Shown: positions 21,424-28,383 of the stretch, piece after piece
How the letters are laid out: each line of letters starts with the position of its first letter
Numbering within the stretch: position 1 is the first letter of the stretch
Source: Candidatus Aldehydirespirator sp.
GTDB lineage: Bacteria > Actinomycetota > Acidimicrobiia > Acidimicrobiales > Aldehydirespiratoraceae
Direction of reading: 5' to 3'
DNA: 64,000 bases
NCBI GenBank assembly: GCA_965220345.1
Contig: OZ244822.1
Coordinates: forward strand, 1,865,245 to 1,929,244
Position numbers and translations under genes: made by a program
Notes under the pieces: generated by a model
Database searches by the model: none
What the model saw: only the letters and a program-made list of their open reading frames with translations
What the model was told of the DNA's origin: nothing

Positions 21424-21966
21424 TTGGCGATTACAGCTACAGGGTTAGCTACCGCAAGCATCTCTGATGCACAACCTCCATCATTAGTTGACGATACACC
21501 TTCACTAGAAGATATTAATCTTGGAACTAGTGGCACGCTTGGTGATGAAATGAATCCAGCTGACAGCAAAACTAGCGCACCTGAAAGCAGTAGTGCTCAA
21601 CAAAATAGTACGATACAACCGTTCGTTAGGCGAGGCTTAGGGTGTGACTTGCGACTAGACGACATTCATGCATCGCGCCATGTTCCAGGAAATATGAATG
21701 TAGTATTCACAGTCTCCTGCCCACTATCGCTTCCTGAACTCCATATTGAAGCTCAGCTTTGGGAAGTTAGATGGTGGGGATGGGACCGAATTGGAATCAG
21801 AGGAACTGAGAGTCGCTATAATGCTAGCTATGCACAGACAAACGCTAGTGATAGGTGTAGAAACAACCGTATCCGTGCAACCGCTAACGGCTATGGCATA
21901 CATTTTGGAATGCGTTATGAAGGTCCGGAACAACGCAGATATGCAAACAATCCATGTAATCTTTGA
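21424..21966 (+). CDS. hypothetical secreted protein (possibly disrupted; see finding)
   Basis: Track ORF with TTG start, in an AT-rich islet. An upstream in-frame GTG at 21382 with RBS GGAAGGAG is separated from it by a single TAA at 21403-21405. Confidence 0.5.
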   Translation: MAITATGLATASISDAQPPSLVDDTPSLEDINLGTSGTLGDEMNPADSKTSAPESSSAQQNSTIQPFVRRGLGCDLRLDDIHASRHVPGNMNVVFTVSCPLSLPELHIEAQLWEVRWWGWDRIGIRGTESRYNASYAQTNASDRCRNNRIRATANGYGIHFGMRYEGPEQRRYANNPCNL

Positions 21967-21968
21967 TA

Positions 21969-22595
21969 GTGAAAACTTATAGATTCTTACAAATGATTAC
22001 CTGCATGTTTGGAATTGTAGCGATGATTTCCGGATGCTCATCTCCTGACATGAATGGCAAACAAAGTAGAAGCTATGGCAATGAGGAATCAAAGATGCAG
22101 GAGCCTTATATCGAAATTAATGGCACCATCTTGTCTCCATTTCATTCAGACTGGCATGCTGCATCTGGTGAACCAGAACTAGGCGATATTCATGATGTTG
22201 ATATAGCAAAATCGCTGACTGTAGCACTTCATGATTATACAAATGCTGTTCGCGTGGTTGACATATGGGTCTATGATAAAATACCTTCAGAGCACGCGCG
22301 AAGAATTGCGGAAGTAACATGTTCAGATGATAATTTTGTGGATAATATGATTCTGGAAATTCAGGAAAATGAGCCTTGCACAACAGCAAATAGCGAGAAC
22401 TCTGATGAGCTGATCAAAGTGTACCCTTGGACTAGGACTGAAACTGGGATTGACTTCAATATCGACTTTAGACCGCTCTTGTCTAAGTTAAAGTCGAGGT
22501 TATATGTAATAATGCCAATAATATGGTATCCAAATTCTTCAGCGAATGCACCAAACGACTGGAAAACAGCCTCTTGGGTATACTCAGTAAAATAG
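21969..22595 (+). CDS. hypothetical lipoprotein
   Basis: VKTYRFLQMITCMFGIVAMISGC|SSPD is a lipoprotein signal with an ISGC lipobox. Start overlaps or abuts the stop of the preceding ORF. AT-rich codon usage. Confidence 0.6.
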   Translation: MKTYRFLQMITCMFGIVAMISGCSSPDMNGKQSRSYGNEESKMQEPYIEINGTILSPFHSDWHAASGEPELGDIHDVDIAKSLTVALHDYTNAVRVVDIWVYDKIPSEHARRIAEVTCSDDNFVDNMILEIQENEPCTTANSENSDELIKVYPWTRTETGIDFNIDFRPLLSKLKSRLYVIMPIIWYPNSSANAPNDWKTASWVYSVK

Positions 22596-22614
22596 TGAAG
22601 CGCACTAATATGTG

Positions 22615-22636
22615 GGCGGACTCAGCGGAGTCCGCC
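22615..22636. terminator. perfect 9-bp stem / 4-nt loop hairpin between convergent genes
   Basis: ggcggactc agcg gagtccgcc, lying between the lipoprotein stop (22595) and the ATPase stop (22667). Confidence 0.5.
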
Positions 22637-22666
22637 GTACGCGAGATCAGCGATCGGGTGTGGTTG

Positions 22667-23791
22667 TTAGGGGGTTTGGTCGGGGGAGCGCAGCCAGGAG
22701 CGGGTTGCTTGATGGGCGAAGTCAACACGGCCATAGCCAGTGCTGCGGATAAACCCAGAGCGCAGTAGTCGCGACCGGTAGATGCTGATGTAGCTGGAAC
22801 TGCGATCCAGCCGCTGTGAGAGGTCAGCGGTCAATGTCTCGTCATCGTCTTGGGCCATGGCTAGGGCGAACTGGCGGTCCACTTCTGACATGGCTCGCCA
22901 CATGGGTGCCAGAACCAGTTGCTGGAGCCGTCGTTCGGCTTCGGCTATACCCGACGACACCTCCTTGATCTGCAGATGTGGCGGGTCAGAGGCAGCAGTC
23001 CTCCATGAGTGAAAGCCGATCAGCTGCACCATGAAGGGATAGCCGTTACTGGCCTCAACGGCGCAGCGCAATGCGTCCTCGCTGATTTGGCCTCCATTTG
23101 CAGCTATCGGCTCAGCGAAGGCAGTCACAGTTGCAGCGTCGGACAGGTCTGCGATCTCATGGTGCGAGCAGCGTTGCAGGAACGTAATAGCCGAATCTTG
23201 CAGCATGGTGTCATTGATACTGGGAAGTCCTGCCCCCACGAACGCAATGGGCAGCTCCTCACGCCGCGTGACGTGTTGCAAAGTCGTTGCGAACTCGCGC
23301 AAATGCGGAGGTTCACCACCCTGCAGTTCGTCAATCGTGATGAGCAGGCCCCGACGTTCGGATGCAAGGCGTGAGCCGAGTGTTGTCAGAACGGGGCGTA
23401 GTCGTATCTCCCCAGCGGTGGCGACAACTGAGCTTGCCCGTTCAAATTCGACACCCACACCCAATGCACTGACACCAGTTAGCCGTGGCCGTCCGCTGCT
23501 TGCGTGAGCATCGCCTGACAGTTCCAATGTTGCCGCTATCAGTCTGTCGCACAGATTTCCGTGGGCGGTTTCTGCGATTACCAGCCAACCCTTGTTTTGT
23601 GCATGTTCCTGCACAGCATTGAGCGTCGCCGTTTTCCCTGCGCCGCGCACCCCGATGAGCAATGAAGTGAAGTCGGGGTGGCCCGTACCGCTGTCAAGAG
23701 CCTCCTCAAGCGAATCCAAGATCTCGCTGCGTCCTGCGAGCACGGGCGGCGAGGCTCCGAACGATGGCTTGAAGGGATTGCCGTTAGCCAT
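22667..23791 (-). CDS. AAA/ORC-Cdc6-like ATP-binding protein with C-terminal winged-helix-like region
   Basis: Opening pattern NPFKPSFGASPPVLAGRSEILDSLEEAL. Walker A GVRGAGKT and Walker B LLITIDELQ. The C-terminal ~90 aa look HTH-like. No partner genes on the same strand. Confidence 0.75.
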   Translation of the reverse strand: MANGNPFKPSFGASPPVLAGRSEILDSLEEALDSGTGHPDFTSLLIGVRGAGKTATLNAVQEHAQNKGWLVIAETAHGNLCDRLIAATLELSGDAHASSGRPRLTGVSALGVGVEFERASSVVATAGEIRLRPVLTTLGSRLASERRGLLITIDELQGGEPPHLREFATTLQHVTRREELPIAFVGAGLPSINDTMLQDSAITFLQRCSHHEIADLSDAATVTAFAEPIAANGGQISEDALRCAVEASNGYPFMVQLIGFHSWRTAASDPPHLQIKEVSSGIAEAERRLQQLVLAPMWRAMSEVDRQFALAMAQDDDETLTADLSQRLDRSSSYISIYRSRLLRSGFIRSTGYGRVDFAHQATRSWLRSPDQTP

Positions 23792-23923
23792 TCGCTAAGC
23801 CAAATGATTTGGTGTCAACTCAGACGAGTAATGGTTACGGCCTGAGGATTCTGCTCGGCTTGATTTCACTCGTATCTTGACCTTTGAGAGTGCACTGATG
23901 GTAGGAACACCTGATTGTAGCTT

Positions 23924-23995
23924 CTTTTGCGAGCTTTAGATCTTTTGCGAGTTATTGATCTTTTGCGAGCTTTAGATCTTTTGCGAGTTATTGAT
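23924..23995. repeat. 18-bp unit x4 (alternating two variants, i.e. 36 bp x2) upstream of the ProX-like gene
   Basis: cttttgcgagctttagat / cttttgcgagttattgat / cttttgcgagctttagat / cttttgcgagttattgat. Confidence 0.9.
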
Positions 23996-24177
23996 TTAGG
24001 TTGCTGGCGGCGGTGGTGCCGCCGCGAGGATCCGTGGTGCTTTCGCTCGGGTTCTTCGGTTCGGTGGCTACTCAGCGGTGTCGCTGTAGCCTGGTGTGCT
24101 GCGCGTGCGGGTTTCAATTCCTTCGGGTCGATTTCCTGTGCGCGTGGTTATGTCCACGAGGGAGGGAATCCCCGACA

Positions 24178-25497
24178 ATGAGAAAGCAACAACGAAGCCT
24201 GCTGCTCGCGTTGCTGACCATCTTGACCGCTTTGGCGATGGTCGCAGCTGCGTGCGGTGATGACGACGACTCAGACTCTGATTCTGCGGCGACGACAGTC
24301 ACGCAAGCTGCACCAGCTGAGCCTGAGCCCGCTGAGGCCGAACCGGCAGCCGCCGAACCCGCAGAGCCCGAGCCCGAACCTGCAGAGCCTGCAGAGCCTG
24401 CACCCGCAGAGCCAGCGGAGCCCGCACCCGCTGAGCCTGAGCCTGCACCCGTCGATGCTGCACTGCCCGGTGAGGGCGTTTCTGTCACAATGGCCCGAGC
24501 CGATTGGGCGACCGGCTACTTCCAGGCTCAGGTCTATAAGCAGCTGCTTGAGGAACTCGGCTACGACGTTTCTGAGCCATCAGAGAACGAACTTGGACCG
24601 TCGCTCGCCTATCTGGCCATGGCCGAGGGCGACATTGATTTTTGGACCAACAGCTGGTACCCAGGGCACGCCGCATGGTGGGAGCCCGAGCTGCCAGACG
24701 GCTCAAAGGTGGGCGACCACCTTGAGAGGGTTGGAGCTGTTTTCCGTGGGGGTGGACTACAGGGAATGCTGATCACAAAGTCCGTGGCCGACGAATACGG
24801 GATCTCCTACATCGATCAAATCAACAATGACCCCGAACTCCGCGCTTTGTTTGACTCCGACGGCGATGGAAATGCCGAAATCTACGGATGTCAAGAGAGC
24901 TACACCTGCGATGACATCATCACCAACCAGATCCTCTTCTCTGGCTGGGATTACATCGATCAGACCATCGCTGGCTATGACGCTATGTTCGCTGAAGCGG
25001 TAGCCAAAGCCGAGGCCGATGAGCCGATGGTCATCTACACCTGGACACCGAGCGCATACATCACTCAACTACGTCCTGGTGACAATGTGTATTGGATCGG
25101 CATGCGCAACACTCTCGACGACTCCAACCCGAGCGGTGTTGAGGGTGGTGAACAACATGACCAACGGTTCTATCCGAACACCACAGAAGAGGTTCGTCTT
25201 GACATTGGCCCGGATCAGTGCCCCGCCGCAGCTGAAGTTGGTTACTGCCCGATCGGCTGGGTGCCAGCCGACATTCAGGTGACCGCCAACTCGGACTGGC
25301 TGGCCGAGAACCCGGCCGCTGCCGAATTGCTGAGGCAAGCCAAGCTGTCGGTGGTTGACGTGTCAATCGCCAACGTTGAACAAGACCAAGGCAGCTATAC
25401 CGAAGCTCAGATCGCTCAAGCTGCCGGTGAGTGGATCAACAACAACCGCAGCGATGTCGATAGTTGGGTCGCTTCGGCACTGGATGTGGCTAGCTGA
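24178..25497 (+). CDS. glycine betaine/proline betaine-type ABC substrate-binding lipoprotein (ProX/OpuAC family)
   Basis: ATG 24178 follows GAGGGAGGGA. Lipoprotein signal LAMVAAAC|GDDDD, then a PAE-rich linker. ARADWATGYFQAQVYKQLLEELGY...DFWTNSWYP is ProX-like. No adjacent permease or ATPase. Confidence 0.78.
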   Translation: MRKQQRSLLLALLTILTALAMVAAACGDDDDSDSDSAATTVTQAAPAEPEPAEAEPAAAEPAEPEPEPAEPAEPAPAEPAEPAPAEPEPAPVDAALPGEGVSVTMARADWATGYFQAQVYKQLLEELGYDVSEPSENELGPSLAYLAMAEGDIDFWTNSWYPGHAAWWEPELPDGSKVGDHLERVGAVFRGGGLQGMLITKSVADEYGISYIDQINNDPELRALFDSDGDGNAEIYGCQESYTCDDIITNQILFSGWDYIDQTIAGYDAMFAEAVAKAEADEPMVIYTWTPSAYITQLRPGDNVYWIGMRNTLDDSNPSGVEGGEQHDQRFYPNTTEEVRLDIGPDQCPAAAEVGYCPIGWVPADIQVTANSDWLAENPAAAELLRQAKLSVVDVSIANVEQDQGSYTEAQIAQAAGEWINNNRSDVDSWVASALDVAS

Positions 25498-25561
25498 GGT
25501 TTCGAGCATGATCTGAGACAGATCTGACATCATCGGATCCCATTAGATCTTGGTTTTTGAT

Positions 25562-25591
25562 GAGGGGGCGGGGCTTCGGCTCCGTCCCCTC
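25562..25591 (+). terminator. intrinsic-terminator-like hairpin after the ProX-like gene
   Basis: 13-bp GC-rich stem (two G-U pairs) with a TTCG tetraloop: gagggggcggggc ttcg gctccgtcccctc. Followed by tgtcattgttgt. Confidence 0.6.
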
Positions 25592-25596
25592 TGTCA

Positions 25597-26463
25597 TTGT
25601 TGTACGGTGGGTTGTACGGTGGACTTGCTGTGACGGTGGTTTTCGGGTTGCTGGCTGCGCTGTCGGTAGGAACCTCGGATTTTCTGGGCGGGCTGGCTAG
25701 CCGACGGGCTGATCCCGTATTGGTTACCGCGGCTTCGGGGCTGCTGGGTTTCGTTTTGGCTCTGCTGGCAGGTCTGATCGTGTCCGGCGAGGTGAGGCTC
25801 GGCGACCTGGCCTGGGGAGCAACAGCCGGTATCTGCTTGGCAGCAGGTCTGGCATCAATTTACGCTGGTTATGCCCGCACTAGGGTCGCTATTGCTGCAC
25901 CAGTGGCTGGCGTGGGAGCCGCTGCGCTGCCGGTGGCCGTCACAGCAGTCATCGGTGATGAAACCTTGTCGGCTGCTTCGGCTGCTGGCGTGTTGTTGGC
26001 GTTGCCAGCAATCGCGTTGGTCAGCATGGGACGTTCAGAGCAGCAGGGCAGTGTCGGTTCCAGCCTGCTTTATGGTGCTGGCGGTGCGGTCGGGCTGGGC
26101 TTGTTCTTGTTGTTGTTGGCTCAGGCAGCCGAAGACAGCGGATTGTGGCCGCTGGTGGCGGCGCGGGCTTCAGCGGTGGTGGTGCTGGCGCTGGTCATCG
26201 CAGTCAGGCGCACCGCTTTGGCATCATGCCTGAAGCTGTGGCCTCATCTGCTGGGTATCGCTTTGCTGGTGACCGTAGGCAACGGCTTATATCTGGCTGC
26301 CACCCGGGTGGGCTCAACATCAGTTGCGGCGGTTCTTACATCACTGTTTTGTGCAGCGACAGTGTTCTGGGCGTGGTTGATATTTCGCGAACAGCTGCGA
26401 CGGGTTCAGCTGCTAGGGCTAGGGGTAGCGCTGCTGGCAGTGGCACTGATCGCTGGCGGCTGA
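25597..26463 (+). CDS. DMT-superfamily (EamA-like) transporter
   Basis: About 10 predicted TM helices with glycine/alanine-rich EamA-like halves. The start is uncertain (alternative GTG at 25630). Confidence 0.7.
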   Translation: MLYGGLYGGLAVTVVFGLLAALSVGTSDFLGGLASRRADPVLVTAASGLLGFVLALLAGLIVSGEVRLGDLAWGATAGICLAAGLASIYAGYARTRVAIAAPVAGVGAAALPVAVTAVIGDETLSAASAAGVLLALPAIALVSMGRSEQQGSVGSSLLYGAGGAVGLGLFLLLLAQAAEDSGLWPLVAARASAVVVLALVIAVRRTALASCLKLWPHLLGIALLVTVGNGLYLAATRVGSTSVAAVLTSLFCAATVFWAWLIFREQLRRVQLLGLGVALLAVALIAGG

Positions 26464-26504
26464 AAGTCCGCGCTGGCTGGTCGGATCGTGTCGGTGTCGC
26501 TGGC

Positions 26505-27668
26505 TCAGCGCATGTCAAAAGCGATTTTGACTCCACCGCGTCTGCCAGCTTCAGCGGCGTGACCCAAAGCGTCGACATAGCGATCAAGCGGGTAGAGAGC
26601 CGACACGAGACGGTCAAAAGCGACTTTTCCGGCCAGTTCCATCGCTAAGGCGAAGCTGCTGATGCGTGTGCCGTCGCTCCGCACTTCGGTGCCGTAGGCG
26701 TAGCAACCAACGAGTTCGATCTCGCGATGCCACAAACCGGTCAGTTCGGTAGTCACCACAGAAGGCATTCCCAGCAGCACTACCCGTCCGCGGGGTCGGC
26801 ACAAAGACAGAGCCTGAGTTAGCGAAGCCGCTGAGCCCACCGCGTCGATCACCACGTCGGCACCGCCCGAAAGATGATCCCCGACCATGAACGAACCCGT
26901 AGTCCGACGCACGGCTCGTTTCAGTTCGTCAGCTTCGACAGCGATGTCGGCACCTAACTCAAGCGCCAGCTTGCGCTGGGTTGAGTAGCGCGCCCCGATC
27001 AGGATTGAGTCAGCATCTGTTAGTCCCCGCAGCGCAGCTACAGCCACCAGACCCATGGTTCCAGCACCGACAACGGCAATCGTGTCGCTTGGTTGTGAAC
27101 AAGCCCGCAGCGCGGCGTGAACACCGCCAGCGACCGGTTCGATCATCACCGCCAGTTCATCGCTCATCCATTCGGGCACGTCGTGAAGCTGCGATTCGTG
27201 TGCGATTAGTTCGCTGGACCAGCCCCCTCCCGTAGAGCGGCAGAACCCGGTTTGTAGCCCAGGCTTGAGGTGACCGCAGACCAGATGCCGGTAGTCGTTG
27301 CCGTCAGCGGGGCAGGCATCAGCGAAAGGGGGTTCGAAGCCTCGTGCGGCGTGACCCAGCACCGGCTCAACCACGACCCGTCTTCCGTCTTCAGTGTCGG
27401 CGACTATTTCGTGTCCAGGGATGAACGGGAACGAGACGTAGTCTTCGAAGTAGCGGGCTGAGCGACCGTCGATGGTGGACAGGTCCGATCCGCAGATGCC
27501 GCTGAGCCGCGGGTAGATGCGCTGCCAGTCTTTGCCCGGCAGCGACGGCGGATCCGAGGAGATCAGCTTGAGAGGCCCCCAGGCTGCTCCAGCACCAGGC
27601 TGCAGCCGTGAAGCTAGCGATGCCGCTACGTAGCGGGTCGGGTTCCGTGAGAAGCGCAGCGCTTTCAA
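26505..27668 (-). CDS. zinc-dependent alcohol dehydrogenase family (MDR) oxidoreductase
   Basis: GICGSDL and GHE zinc-ligand motifs and a Rossmann motif VGAGTMG. Confidence 0.8.
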   Translation of the reverse strand: MKALRFSRNPTRYVAASLASRLQPGAGAAWGPLKLISSDPPSLPGKDWQRIYPRLSGICGSDLSTIDGRSARYFEDYVSFPFIPGHEIVADTEDGRRVVVEPVLGHAARGFEPPFADACPADGNDYRHLVCGHLKPGLQTGFCRSTGGGWSSELIAHESQLHDVPEWMSDELAVMIEPVAGGVHAALRACSQPSDTIAVVGAGTMGLVAVAALRGLTDADSILIGARYSTQRKLALELGADIAVEADELKRAVRRTTGSFMVGDHLSGGADVVIDAVGSAASLTQALSLCRPRGRVVLLGMPSVVTTELTGLWHREIELVGCYAYGTEVRSDGTRISSFALAMELAGKVAFDRLVSALYPLDRYVDALGHAAEAGRRGGVKIAFDMR

Positions 27669-27917
27669 GGTTTTCAGCGTAGCCGCGTTCGGGTCACGGC
27701 AGATTGTTCGTCAGAACCCAGTGCCGATGTGAGGAACTGGGCTCTGCTTGCGTTGTCAGCTAGGTGATCTCAGCGGGCTAACCCGAGAGCGGAGATTATC
27801 AGCATTTTGGAGATATTTCAGCATAATTCGCATATTCGGGTTGCTTTTGTCATAGGGGCATGTCATAATGTCTGAAGATAGCTGAAAAATCATAATGAAC
27901 ACGAAGTAACACGAAGC

Positions 27918-27985
27918 ATTGCGGTCAGTCTCGCGATCATGTATTGCGGTCAGTCTCGCGATCATATCGCGGTCGTTATCGCAGT
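27918..27985. repeat. 25-bp-period tandem repeat (attgcggtcagtctcgcgatcat x2 plus a degenerate third) in the AT-rich region upstream of the WXG100 gene
   Basis: Identical 23-mers at 27918-27940 and 27943-27965. A degenerate copy follows (atcgcggtcgttatcgcagtc). An adjacent aacacgaag x2 lies at 27899-27918. Confidence 0.85.
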
Positions 27986-28026
27986 CAAGATGTGCTGTGG
28001 CTATCTGAAACCAATATCCGTAGAAC

Positions 28027-28051
28027 AAATATTCGGGTAACCCGAATATTT
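28027..28051. promoter_or_regulatory. perfect 11-bp inverted repeat (candidate operator) just upstream of the WXG100 RBS
   Basis: aaatattcggg taa cccgaatattt. AAGGAGG lies at 28061-28067 and the ATG at 28073. A half-site copy atattcgggt recurs at 27833-27842. Confidence 0.55.
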
Positions 28052-28072
28052 TTAGAAACAAGGAGGAAATCA

Positions 28073-28348
28073 ATGGCAGGCGACATGCTGGTGATGTCCA
28101 AATCGCAGATGGAGCAGCTCGCGGTGATCTTCGCCCGGCAGCGAGAGACGACAGAGGGGGTGATAAGCGCCATCGGTGCTGGCATTGAGGGCACCACTTG
28201 GCAGGGAGCGAGAGCCGACCGCTTCCGTCAGCTTTGGGAGAGTGAGTTCCGACCCAATCTGCGGGCTCTGTGTGATGCTCTTGGTGAGCATTCGACTTTC
28301 ATAACCGCGGAACTGCGTGCCGGGGTCAGTGCACTTGACACTGTCTGA
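28073..28348 (+). CDS. WXG100-family (ESAT-6-like) protein, 91 aa
   Basis: About 90 aa with a central W-x-G (GTTWQGARADRF) between two helical halves and a strong RBS. Lies immediately upstream of the FtsK/SpoIIIE ATPase. The track ORF (27944) is an over-extension. Confidence 0.8.
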   Translation: MAGDMLVMSKSQMEQLAVIFARQRETTEGVISAIGAGIEGTTWQGARADRFRQLWESEFRPNLRALCDALGEHSTFITAELRAGVSALDTV

Positions 28349-28383
28349 GCGACTGGCGGGGTGTCAGTCGTGCAGATGGCTGA

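Noticed and set aside
23866-24117. 83-aa lysine/arginine/serine-rich ORF (KRSKARKRSITRKRS...) on the minus strand.
   Set aside because: The periodic sequence is simply the translation of the 18-bp tandem repeat. It is not a credible gene.
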